The notes beneath the pieces are model-generated. The model searched no databases. It was not told the DNA's origin and worked only from the letters and a program-made list of their open reading frames with translations. Positions 30,215 to 39,390 of a stretch of 64,000 nt of DNA are shown here, piece after piece. This DNA comes from an uncultured Collinsella sp. (GTDB taxonomy: Bacteria > Actinomycetota > Coriobacteriia > Coriobacteriales > Coriobacteriaceae): contig CAAENY010000146.1 in assembly GCA_900757465.1 (NCBI GenBank), positions 13,630 to 77,629 on the forward strand. The letters run 5' to 3'. The position numbers and the translations under genes were made by a program. Every line of letters begins with the position of its first letter. The first letter of the stretch is position 1.

Positions 30215-30328
30215 CTTTGTCTTCCTTTCACTTGGATAACCATTGGATTGGACAGTTCTCAGCTCGTCAGCTGGTTGAACACGAAGAGAAGCGCGAAGCA
30301 GGCAGGCGCTTGCAAAACGCGGTGGAAC

Positions 30329-31531
30329 CTATGCGGCCGACTGGCCCTCAGGCTGTGGCGCTGCGCTTCGACGCCACAGCACGTACGCCACAAAAGCAAC
30401 GACCGCAGCAATCGTTGAAGCGAGGGCGAAGGCCAGAAAACCCGCGTGCGTGCCGAGCACGTCGCACGCCCAACCGCCAAACAGGTTCGCAACCACGACG
30501 GACAGACCGCTCTGAACCATCGCGAAGGCGCTCTGACCTCGAGCGCGACAATCCTCGTAAGTGTGGTTGGCAATGTAGGTAACGCAGGAGTAGTAGACGG
30601 TCATGTAACTCACGCTCTGCAGCAGCTGGCCGCAGATCATGACCGGGACGATGCCGGTGCCCACGAGCACGAGCCTGAGCGCCGCCATGAAGCAGGAAAA
30701 GATCAGGAGGTTCATCTCGCCGAAGCGCCTGACCAGCTTGGAGGAAACGAGCAGGATGGGGATCTCGCTCGCAGCGGAGACCGCACTCAGGACGCCCACG
30801 AGGTTCTGACCCTCGCCAAGCTCGACCGCGTAGCGGCCCAAGAACGCCCCGATGAAGCCAATCGCGGCCGAACTGATGAAGGCGAAGACCAAGACGAAGG
30901 CGATCTCATTGCTGGTAAACAGCGAGAGGAGGCCCTTTCCGTGGGAGACCTTGGGATCGTCCGCGGCATTGGCGCGAATTCCCGCCTCGGGGAGGCGCCA
31001 CATGTGAGCCGCGAAGACCACCAGCGCGGCAGAGACCACCGCGAACTGGATTTGAGGAGCCATGTCGAGCAGCCGACCGACGATCAGGACGACGATGGCA
31101 TAGCCGATAGTGCCACCCATGCGAATGCGAGAAAAGTCCAGGCCAGAGCGATCCGCGAGCTCGATGACGAGGGAGTCGCTCAGGGGCAGGAGCCCCGAGA
31201 AAAACGCCGAGAACGCAAAGGTTACGAGAAGGACCGGGACGAACGTCGACGCCAGGTAATACAGCGGAGCGAGTACCGCCGCCGCAAGGCAGAGGATCAC
31301 GATGACCGCGCGGCGGCGCCCGAGCTTGTCGGCGATCGTCGACCAGAGCGGCTGGATGGCGAGCGCACACACCGGGGTCGCCGCGAGGAGGATGCCGGTC
31401 TGGGCTGCGCTGAGGCCGAGGCTCGTGTAGTGAGCGGAGAGGAACGGCGAGTACACGCCCGCGCAGACCCAGTAGAGGACGTTCGCGAAGAACAGCGAAG
31501 TCATGCTTGCGTTTGTCCTGGCGTTGTGCAT
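30329..31531 (-). CDS. MFS transporter (MFS_1-like)
   Basis: QPLWSTIADKLG, IRMGGTIGY, about 12 TM segments. Confidence 0.88.
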   Translation of the reverse strand: MHNARTNASMTSLFFANVLYWVCAGVYSPFLSAHYTSLGLSAAQTGILLAATPVCALAIQPLWSTIADKLGRRRAVIVILCLAAAVLAPLYYLASTFVPVLLVTFAFSAFFSGLLPLSDSLVIELADRSGLDFSRIRMGGTIGYAIVVLIVGRLLDMAPQIQFAVVSAALVVFAAHMWRLPEAGIRANAADDPKVSHGKGLLSLFTSNEIAFVLVFAFISSAAIGFIGAFLGRYAVELGEGQNLVGVLSAVSAASEIPILLVSSKLVRRFGEMNLLIFSCFMAALRLVLVGTGIVPVMICGQLLQSVSYMTVYYSCVTYIANHTYEDCRARGQSAFAMVQSGLSVVVANLFGGWACDVLGTHAGFLAFALASTIAAVVAFVAYVLWRRSAAPQPEGQSAA

Positions 31532-31734
31532 CGTGCTTCTCCCTTCTTGCTCGCCGGGTGCCTGTCTGGGCTTCGAAGTGATTCGCCATCTAGCGTGAAA
31601 CAAAGTTGTGAGGCGTTGGAACAATGTTCTGTTGTTTCATCGTTTTCGTGCTGTTGTTTCACGGCTCATAAGATAGCGGCTCAAGATGAGATTGCGCCGG
31701 GGAAGCACCGATTTACCGTGAACGGTAGGAAATC

Positions 31735-31759
31735 AGCGGTGAAACGCTATTTCACCGCT
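31735..31759. promoter_or_regulatory. Palindromic operator candidate for RpiR
   Basis: AGCGGTGAAA-CGCTA-TTTCACCGCT between divergent genes; additional TGAAAC/GTTTCA half-sites nearby. Confidence 0.55.
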
Positions 31760-31831
31760 TATGAAACATTTTGCTTTATTTTCACCTCTCTTGACCTAAG
31801 ATACGAAGCAAACTAGGGCCAAGGAGTAACC

Positions 31832-32695
31832 ATGGATAAGACAGGGGATGTGCTCAGCCACATCTGCGCGGTCATGAACAGCCTATCCCCCTCGGAGAAG
31901 GCAATCGCAACGTATGTGCTCGACCACCCGTCGGACGTCGCAACGATGACCGTCCGCGAACTCGCCGCAGGAACCGGTACGTCACCGGCGTCTGTTTCGA
32001 GGTTCGCAAGGACGCTTGACTACCGAACCTATTCGGACATGCGTCTGGCGCTCGGCATATCCATCAGCAGGGCCTCCGGCGAGGAAAAGGCCACGGGCGG
32101 CAAGGTTACTCTGGACGACGTCGAGGGCTCCATTAAGTACGTCCTGTCTCACAAGGTCAAGGAGCTCTCCCAAACCGCCTCGCTCATTGACTCCGATGAC
32201 TTTTCGACAGTCGTCAATCTGCTCCACAACGCCAACCTCGTCCTGATTGCGGGCGTCGGCAACTCGATTAGCATGGGCGTAAACGCGGCGTTCAAGCTCT
32301 CACAGGTTGGAGTCAGGGCGTTTTGCCCCAGTACCACCGATGCCATGGTCTCCGCCGCAACCAGCCTCAAGGAGAATGACATCCTGCTCGTCATTTCGAC
32401 GTCCGGATACTCGAAGCGCCTCGTCAACATATTCGACTCTGCCGAGGATTCGAACACCCCCATCATCATGATCACAGACAACCCAGATACGCCGCTCGCG
32501 AAGCGTGCCACGTATATCATCCGAGCCATCTCGCGAGATCAGGCCATCACCGGAACCGAGGTCGCCTTCTCGCACAGCTCGATCAACTTCGTCATCGAGC
32601 TGCTGTTCCTCTTCCTGACCTCTTGCTGGGATGACCCGGTAGAGTTTAACAGGATCATCTCGAAGAATCTCTTGGGAGACAGGCAATACAGCTAG
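31832..32695 (+). CDS. MurR/RpiR family transcriptional regulator
   Basis: LSPSEKAIA, TSPASVSRF, GVGNS, ISTSG SIS domain. Confidence 0.93.
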   Translation: MDKTGDVLSHICAVMNSLSPSEKAIATYVLDHPSDVATMTVRELAAGTGTSPASVSRFARTLDYRTYSDMRLALGISISRASGEEKATGGKVTLDDVEGSIKYVLSHKVKELSQTASLIDSDDFSTVVNLLHNANLVLIAGVGNSISMGVNAAFKLSQVGVRAFCPSTTDAMVSAATSLKENDILLVISTSGYSKRLVNIFDSAEDSNTPIIMITDNPDTPLAKRATYIIRAISRDQAITGTEVAFSHSSINFVIELLFLFLTSCWDDPVEFNRIISKNLLGDRQYS

Positions 32696-32744
32696 GACGA
32701 CGCACACCGGCGCACCGACGCCCAGACCGAAACGGGAGGACCCC

Positions 32745-33572
32745 TTGATAAAGCTCATCCTCGCAGACATGGACGGGACCCTGCTGCCGTTTGGCTCAAG
32801 GGTCGTATCGGAGCGCACGCACAGCGCGATTCTTTCGGCGCTTGATGCGGGCATCGCGTTCGGCCCCGCAAGCGGCCGCGACTACGCCGACCTGGCCGAT
32901 GCCTTTGACGGCGACGCGCGCTGTTTCTCGACCGGCATCATGGCCAACGGAAAGAAGGTCTTCTCCAGCGGCGAACTCGTGTTCAAAAAGACGCTCTCGA
33001 CGGAGGCCCTCGTCAAGCTCGATAGCGCCGTACGCCCCTACGCGGGGACGTCACTCTGGCTAGTCGCCGATGTCGATGAGACAGGCAAACGCTGCGAGCA
33101 GTTCCTCTGCGCCGTCGAGCCTGGCGACGAATTCGCCCTGGAAATCGTTAAGGACTCCGGAAGAGACATGGCGCTCGGAGACGTGCCCACGAACCGTGAC
33201 GTCATCACCGCCGGCATCTTCGTCAACGTCAGCTCCGCCCCGACGGAAGTCGTTCGGAGTCGATGCAAGGAAGCCTGCCCAGAGCTTGATTTCCCCTCGC
33301 CCGTCCCATTCTTCCTCGATGTTGTTCCGGCTGGCTGGAGCAAGGTAAACGGACTCGACGCGCTTCTCGGCAGCCTTGGGGTCACGCTGGACGAGGTCGC
33401 TTTTATCGGAGACTCGGAAAACGACGTGACGCTCCTCGAAAAGGTGCCGAACTCCTACGCAGTCGCGGGCGCGATGCCAGAGGCGAAGGCCGCGGCCCAT
33501 CACCTGATCGGGGACGCAGCCGAGGACTCCGTCGCGAAGCTCATCGAACAGATTGTCCAGCAGCGAGGCTAG
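32745..33572 (+). CDS. Cof-type HAD-IIB phosphatase
   Basis: DMDGTL, ASGR, SKVNG, IGDSEND; TTG start with GGGAGG RBS. Confidence 0.92.
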   Translation: MIKLILADMDGTLLPFGSRVVSERTHSAILSALDAGIAFGPASGRDYADLADAFDGDARCFSTGIMANGKKVFSSGELVFKKTLSTEALVKLDSAVRPYAGTSLWLVADVDETGKRCEQFLCAVEPGDEFALEIVKDSGRDMALGDVPTNRDVITAGIFVNVSSAPTEVVRSRCKEACPELDFPSPVPFFLDVVPAGWSKVNGLDALLGSLGVTLDEVAFIGDSENDVTLLEKVPNSYAVAGAMPEAKAAAHHLIGDAAEDSVAKLIEQIVQQRG

Positions 33573-33624
33573 GGTTCCGCCAGCGTGGCATGCGCCGCGT
33601 GCCTCGTCATCCGTTCGTGGCGCG

Positions 33625-33774
33625 CTACCTCGTGACGATCCAGAGCGTGGCCATCGTCGCGACGCCGATGCCTACGATGAGCGCGACCCACAGGACGCGG
33701 ACCACGAGGTTCATGTCGCCCGCCACCACCATGTCGTTCGCGTGCCAGAACCAGCTCTCGTTTCCCTCGCACAT
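33625..33774 (-). CDS. 49-aa small single-pass membrane protein (not in ORF track)
   Basis: AAGGGAGGG RBS then MCEGNESWFWHANDMVVAGDMNLVVRVLWVALIVGIGVATMATLWIVTR*. Confidence 0.5.
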   Translation of the reverse strand: MCEGNESWFWHANDMVVAGDMNLVVRVLWVALIVGIGVATMATLWIVTR

Positions 33775-34025
33775 GATGCCCTCCCTTGGCCTCGATTACG
33801 CCATCTATGGCCGAGCAATCGCAGGTCACGTGCCATGGATTTGCCCTACGCCCAGCTTTCAGTTCTGTAAGGCGGCGGGAGCCTGTGCGAGGCCCCGAGT
33901 CCTGAGGCTGTTGCAATGAAAATGGGAATCAAGGGGCACGCATCAATCATATAGGTTCCTTTCGGGGGCGATGGCAAACGGAGCATCCATCATATAATGG
34001 AGCGACGCAACCAGAGAGGTCACCC

Positions 34026-36584
34026 ATGGAATTTTACGCAAGCTGCCCCGAGGGCTTTGAGTCCGCACTCGCCGATGAGCTTAAACGCCTCGGGCTTTCG
34101 CATGTTCGCCGGCTGAAGGGCCGCGCCACGTTTGAGGGCGAGCTCGAAGAAGGCTACCGCGCCTGTCTGCGGTCGCGCCTGGCGAGCCGCGTGTTCGTGG
34201 TACTCGGGCGCTTTGAGGCGCAGGATGCCGACGAGCTGTACGATGGCGTTTACGACATCGCCTGGGAGACCATCATCCGCCCCGGCGCCACCATCGCCAT
34301 TACCGCCCGCGGCGTGACCGAGCAGCTGCGCAACACGCGCTTCTCGGCCCTGCGCGCCAAGGACGCATTGTGCGACCGCCTGGCCGAGACCACGGGCCGT
34401 CGCGCCGACGTCGATGCCGCCGACCCCGATGTTCACCTACTGCTTTCGTTGCGCCAGCGCCGCGCGAGCATAAGCCTAGACCTTTCGGGCGACCCGCTGT
34501 TCAAGCGCTTGCCGCCCGCGGCGACCCGTGCCGGCGAGGGCGCGCACGTGCTGCGCCCCGACTACGCCGCTCTGGTGCTGGCGCAGGTCGGCTGGACCGC
34601 ACTGTGCGAGCGCGAGCTGACGGCCGATGATTACGAGAATGAAGCCCTGCCCACGCTGATCGATGCCTCGTGCGCCGGCGGCGGTCTGCTGCTGGAGGCC
34701 GTGAATATCCTGACCGACCGCGCCCCGGGTGCCGCACGCAAGCACTGGGGTTTTGAGGGCTGGCAGCTGCACGACGCCGACCTATGGGAACAACTGCTTG
34801 CCGAGGCGCGCGAGCGCGAGGCGACGGCGCGCGAGCGCCAGGCGCGCATCGTGGCCGTAGACATCGACCCCGCCGCCCGCAAGACTGCCGAGCGTATGAT
34901 CAAGTGCGCCGGCTACAAGCGTTTCGTCGACTTCTGCGCTGCCAAACCAGCCACCGTGCTGGACCATGCAGGCGCTGTCGCCGGCGCCGCCGTAGTCGCA
35001 GACACCACCGAGACCCCGCTTTCGCTCATGCACGACGCCATGACGCTGGTCGGCGAGCTGCGCCGCGCGCCCGAACTCGCTTCGGCACCGGTCGCCACGC
35101 TCGCCCGCGATGGATTGCTGGCCCGCGCGCTCCACACCGAGCCCGAGCGCTCGATCGCCGTCATGCCCAATAACGAGGAGGCGGCTCTTGAGGTTTGGCC
35201 CTCGCTCGATCATGCTGCCGCGGCGTTTGAAGCTGCGACCAGCGCAAACACCGAGGAGCAGACCGCGGATGCCCAAGACGAAGCCGCCGACACCCCCATG
35301 CCCGAACCTGCTGCCACGCTCGACCTGGGTGACGGCAAGCCGCTACCCGTGCTCATCCCCGAGTCCGAACAGTTCGCCAACCGCCTGCGCAAGAACGCTC
35401 GCCTGCGCCGCAAGTGGGCCAGGCGCGAGGGCGTGAGCTGCTACCGCGTCTACGATGCCGACCTGCCCGACTACTCCGCCGCCATCGACCTGTACGAGGG
35501 CTGCCCGCAGACGCCGGGCCGCTGGCTCGTCATCGCCGAATACGCCGCACCCAAGACCATCGATCCCGCGCTAGCCCAGGCCCGCATGCTCGACATCTTG
35601 GCCATCGCGCCGCGTATCCTTGATGTTCCGGCCGAGCACGTGCACGCCAAGGCCCGCATGCGTTCGCGCGGCGGCTCGCAGTATGGCAAGCAGGGCGCCG
35701 GCAAGGGCGGATCGGGCGAGCGCGCCAACATCGCGCGCCGTCGTCTGCCGCTCATCGAAGAGGGCGGACTCACCTTTGCCGTCAACTTTGACGACTATTT
35801 GGATGTGGGCATCTTCCTGGATCATCGCGTCACGCGCAACCTGGTGCGCGAGCACGCCAAGCAGGCGCGCCGCTTCCTCAACCTGTTTGCCTACACCGGC
35901 ACCGCCACTTGCTACGCAGCCGACGGCGGTGTCGAGGAGACCGTGACGGTCGACCTTTCCAACACCTATCTGGACTGGGCCGAGCGCAATATGCGCCAGA
36001 ACGGCTTTGTTGGTCCGCAGCATCATTTTGTGCGCGACGACGTGCTCGCCTGGATTCGCGACCAACGCCAGACGCGCAACCGCTGGGACCTGATCTTTGT
36101 CGACCCGCCCACGTTCTCGAACTCGTCCAAGATGGGCCGCCGCACCTGGGATGTCCAGCGCGACCATGTTGAGCTTTTGGCCGGCGTATCGCGCCTGCTC
36201 GCGCAGGGCGGCCACGCCATCTTTAGCTGCAACCTGCGCGGCTTCCGCCCCGAAACGCGCAAGCTCGCGCGTACGGGCGTGGTGCTACAGGACATTACGG
36301 CGCAGACCATCCCCGAGGATTTCGCACGCAACCAGAAGGTGCACCATTGCTATATCGTGCGCCGCCTGCCCATCGAGGACGCCATGGCCGAAGCTGGCTT
36401 TAGCGCCGAGGAGATTGCCGAGCGAACCGAGGAGCTGCGTAACCCCGAGACCCGCAAGCCTCGCGCAACAGTGCCAGCGCACGCGCAGGCCGGCGACCGA
36501 GGGCCGCGCGGCGATGACAAGTCCGCCTGTACAGGCAAGCCCAAAAAGAAGAAGTTCTACGCCAGCAAGCCCAAGGGCAAATAG
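34026..36584 (+). CDS. rlmKL: Bifunctional 23S rRNA methyltransferase RlmKL-like
   Basis: N-terminal THUMP region (SRLASRV), FANRLRKN, YRVYDADLPDY, GIFLDHR, LNLFAYTG, DPPTF. Confidence 0.88.
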   Translation: MEFYASCPEGFESALADELKRLGLSHVRRLKGRATFEGELEEGYRACLRSRLASRVFVVLGRFEAQDADELYDGVYDIAWETIIRPGATIAITARGVTEQLRNTRFSALRAKDALCDRLAETTGRRADVDAADPDVHLLLSLRQRRASISLDLSGDPLFKRLPPAATRAGEGAHVLRPDYAALVLAQVGWTALCERELTADDYENEALPTLIDASCAGGGLLLEAVNILTDRAPGAARKHWGFEGWQLHDADLWEQLLAEAREREATARERQARIVAVDIDPAARKTAERMIKCAGYKRFVDFCAAKPATVLDHAGAVAGAAVVADTTETPLSLMHDAMTLVGELRRAPELASAPVATLARDGLLARALHTEPERSIAVMPNNEEAALEVWPSLDHAAAAFEAATSANTEEQTADAQDEAADTPMPEPAATLDLGDGKPLPVLIPESEQFANRLRKNARLRRKWARREGVSCYRVYDADLPDYSAAIDLYEGCPQTPGRWLVIAEYAAPKTIDPALAQARMLDILAIAPRILDVPAEHVHAKARMRSRGGSQYGKQGAGKGGSGERANIARRRLPLIEEGGLTFAVNFDDYLDVGIFLDHRVTRNLVREHAKQARRFLNLFAYTGTATCYAADGGVEETVTVDLSNTYLDWAERNMRQNGFVGPQHHFVRDDVLAWIRDQRQTRNRWDLIFVDPPTFSNSSKMGRRTWDVQRDHVELLAGVSRLLAQGGHAIFSCNLRGFRPETRKLARTGVVLQDITAQTIPEDFARNQKVHHCYIVRRLPIEDAMAEAGFSAEEIAERTEELRNPETRKPRATVPAHAQAGDRGPRGDDKSACTGKPKKKKFYASKPKGK

Positions 36585-36588
36585 ACAA

Positions 36589-36654
36589 AGTTGCGGTGGA
36601 ATAGTTCCTAAAAAGCCTGTTAAAGGCCCAAACAGGAACTATTTCACCGCAACT
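36589..36654. terminator. Inverted repeat between convergent genes
   Basis: AGTTGCGGTGGAATAGTTCCT / AGGAACTATTTCACCGCAACT. Confidence 0.6.
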
Positions 36655-36678
36655 CATATTGGGATGGTGGTTGGCGAT

Positions 36679-37392
36679 CTAGCCTTGGATGACCAGGCGA
36701 TAGCCGATACCCACGTGCGTTTGGATATAGCGCGGATGCGCGGGGTCGGACTCGATCTTCTTGCGCAGCGTGCCCATAAAGACACGCAGGCTCGCCAGGT
36801 CGCTCTTAGTTGCCGTGCCCCAAATCTCGTGCAGGATAAACTGGTGCGTCAGCACCTTGTCGGCGTTGTGCGCCAGCAGGCACAAGAGCTTGTACTCGAT
36901 CGGCGTCAGGTGCAGTTCCTCGCCATCCATCGTGGCGATGCCGGCGTCAAAGTCGATATGCAGCTCACCGGTATCGAATGAGCCCTCAGGGGCAACGCCG
37001 CCCGTTTGCGCATACGAAAGGCGCCTGAGCGTCGTGCGAATGCGCGCGAGCAGCTCCTCGACCGAAAACGGCTTGGTCAGGTAGTCGTCGGCGCCAGCAT
37101 CGAGCGCGCGGATCTTGTCCGCATCCTCGCTGCGCGCCGAGACCACAATGATCGGCATGCCCGACCATGTGCGCACCGACTCCACCACCTTGACGCCGTC
37201 CATATCGGGCAGGCCCAAATCGAGAAGCACGATGCTCGGCGTCTGCGATGAGGCGGCGGCGATGGCGGCGTGGGCGGTCTCCACGGCCATATGACGCAAG
37301 CCGTGCGCCTCGAGCGCGGCAACGATTAAGTTGCGAACGGCGGGGTCGTCCTCAACGACCAAGATGAGCGGTTTTACGGCAGAGTTCGGCAC
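36679..37392 (-). CDS. kdpE: OmpR-family response regulator, KdpE-like
   Basis: VEDD, LDLGLPDMDG, GADDYLTKPF, LRKKIESDPAHPRYIQT. Confidence 0.85.
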   Translation of the reverse strand: MPNSAVKPLILVVEDDPAVRNLIVAALEAHGLRHMAVETAHAAIAAASSQTPSIVLLDLGLPDMDGVKVVESVRTWSGMPIIVVSARSEDADKIRALDAGADDYLTKPFSVEELLARIRTTLRRLSYAQTGGVAPEGSFDTGELHIDFDAGIATMDGEELHLTPIEYKLLCLLAHNADKVLTHQFILHEIWGTATKSDLASLRVFMGTLRKKIESDPAHPRYIQTHVGIGYRLVIQG

Positions 37393-37396
37393 AGCG

Positions 37397-39022
37397 TTAC
37401 TCCTTATCAAACGAAACGTCGGCGACGGGAAGCTCAATCGTAAAGACCGAGCCGTGCGGGTCCGCCGCGGCAACCTCTATGCTACCGCCATGCGCTAACG
37501 CAATGGAACGGCAGAGCGAAAGTCCCAGGCCCACGCTGCGGTGGCTGTCGGCAAGACCGTGGTTGGCGGTGTAGAACGACTCAAAGATGCGTTCGCGGTC
37601 CTCGGGCGCAATGCCCGGCCCGTCATCGGCCACCGAGCACGCCACGTGCCCATCGTCGACGCCAATCGAAATCACGATATGCGAGCCTGCGGGCGTATAG
37701 GTGATGGCATTGTTCACCAGGTTCACCACGAGCTGTACCATCAGGCGCGCGTCGACGTTAACGAGCGCCGGCTCATCGCACGCCACCACCTTAAGGTCGT
37801 GCTCACGCACGGCCGGATTTACGTGGCGCAGTGCCTCCTCGACGATATCATCCATGAGCTCGAGCGTAGTCGACAGATGCATGCCGCCGCCCTCGAGCTT
37901 TGTGATGGCGAGCAGGTTCTCGACGGTGGCGTTGAGCCACAGCGCATCCGAGCGAATGGATAGAAGCAGGCCGCGGCGCGTCTGGGCATCGAGCACCGCG
38001 GTGCCGGTCGAGCCCTGATCGAGCAGCACGTCGGCATTGCCCGAAATACTGGTGAGCGGCGTACGCAGATCGTGTGAGATGGAGCGCAGCAGGTTGGCGC
38101 GCAGCTGCTCGTTTTTGGCGAGCACCGCCGCCTCCTCGCGGGCCTCCATGGCGCGGGCGCGATCGAGTGCCAGCTCGCCTTCGCTCACGATGGCATCGGC
38201 AAGTGTCCGCTCCTCATGCGTCAGCACGTCGGGCTCGGCAACGATAGCCAGCACGCCCACCACCGAGGCGGGGTCGCCCGAGCGCACGAAGCCGTCGCCC
38301 GTGCGAACCGTCAGGTAGATGCCATAAAACGCCGAGCCGCCATAGGTGGCATCGAGCGGCGTACCCACATAGGCGGACGCCGAGAGCCGCGGCGGCATCT
38401 GCGGCGCCAGCTCGTGCACCGGCGCGGCATCGCCCACGGCCGTGTATGTCGCACGCGGCAGCAGGTCATCGCCCTCGGCGTCGGCGCCGTACCACACGAC
38501 CGGACAGCCCGAAAGACGCGCCAGCTGCGTGGCCATAGCGTGAACGATCTGCTGCTGATCGGCGCAGCGCTGCAACATGCGGTTGGTCTCGAGCACCATA
38601 TGCGTGCGGCGGTCGCTGGCGGCAGCCTGTGCCAAGGCGCGACGCAGGGCCAACGCAATCGAGCTCGACACAAGCGAGACCACGAACATGATGAAGAACA
38701 TGCCGGGATAGACGCGGTCGATAAGCGACAGCGAGTAGCGCGGGTCGATAAACAAGAAGTTGTAGAGCGCCACGGCGGCAGCCGAGCTCAGCAAGCAATA
38801 CAGGCGACTCCAAGTAAAGAATGCGCACAGCTGAACGGCGAACACATAGACGATCATGATGCTCGGCGCGAGACCCGGATGGTCGAGTAGCGCGCCCACA
38901 ATCGTCGCCGCGACCAGCAGCCCCACCGATACGCAGGCGTCATACAGAGGGCTGCGACGCGTCAGCGTTGTGCGCCGCCACCAAAAGCTATCGGCAATAT
39001 CGCCGTCCGCACGGACGTCCAT
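37397..39022 (-). CDS. kdpD: KdpD-like sensor histidine kinase (TM + GAF-like + kinase; lacks N-terminal KdpD/USP domains)
   Basis: YNFLFIDPRYSL, EQLRANLLRSISHDLRTPLTSI, N/G boxes. Confidence 0.85.
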   Translation of the reverse strand: MDVRADGDIADSFWWRRTTLTRRSPLYDACVSVGLLVAATIVGALLDHPGLAPSIMIVYVFAVQLCAFFTWSRLYCLLSSAAAVALYNFLFIDPRYSLSLIDRVYPGMFFIMFVVSLVSSSIALALRRALAQAAASDRRTHMVLETNRMLQRCADQQQIVHAMATQLARLSGCPVVWYGADAEGDDLLPRATYTAVGDAAPVHELAPQMPPRLSASAYVGTPLDATYGGSAFYGIYLTVRTGDGFVRSGDPASVVGVLAIVAEPDVLTHEERTLADAIVSEGELALDRARAMEAREEAAVLAKNEQLRANLLRSISHDLRTPLTSISGNADVLLDQGSTGTAVLDAQTRRGLLLSIRSDALWLNATVENLLAITKLEGGGMHLSTTLELMDDIVEEALRHVNPAVREHDLKVVACDEPALVNVDARLMVQLVVNLVNNAITYTPAGSHIVISIGVDDGHVACSVADDGPGIAPEDRERIFESFYTANHGLADSHRSVGLGLSLCRSIALAHGGSIEVAAADPHGSVFTIELPVADVSFDKE

Positions 39023-39051
39023 CAGCGCCCCGCCCCTTTCTCAAAAAACAA

Positions 39052-39089
39052 AAACCACCACAAAGGGACAGGCACCTTTGTGGTGGTTT
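39052..39089. repeat. Palindrome related to the GGGAC REP-like family
   Basis: AAACCACCACAAAGG-GACAGGCA-CCTTTGTGGTGGTTT followed by a duplicated right arm. Confidence 0.6.
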
Positions 39090-39134
39090 CCCTTGTGGTG
39101 GTTTCAAGTGTATAGCCTTTGCAACCTGCGGTCG

Positions 39135-39329
39135 TTAGACAAACAGCACGTGCGCGAGCAGTGCGCACACGCACACCGCTCCAAATACCAGTGCCACGAT
39201 CGAGATCACGCGGTCGGCCATGTCCATGTTGGCGCGATTCGTAAAGAACCGATCTTCGGCGGCGTCGACACGCGCCTCACGCACCATTTCGACTACTGCC
39301 TCGCGGCCATCGAGCGTCTTCGTATCCAT
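39135..39329 (-). CDS. 64-aa protein with C-terminal TM helix
   Basis: GGGAGG RBS; ends VISIVALVFGAVCVCALLAHVLFV; lies between kup and kdpD. Confidence 0.7.
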   Translation of the reverse strand: MDTKTLDGREAVVEMVREARVDAAEDRFFTNRANMDMADRVISIVALVFGAVCVCALLAHVLFV

Positions 39330-39390
39330 GTTTGCCTCCCCGACCTCAATCTTGTCCATCGAAAACCAACTCCATGCAGCCTGTCGGCGT

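Noticed and set aside
33904..33936. IS terminal repeat (GAGGCTGTTGCA...) at the island edge
   Set aside because: No partner inverted repeat, transposase or target duplication found; resemblance only
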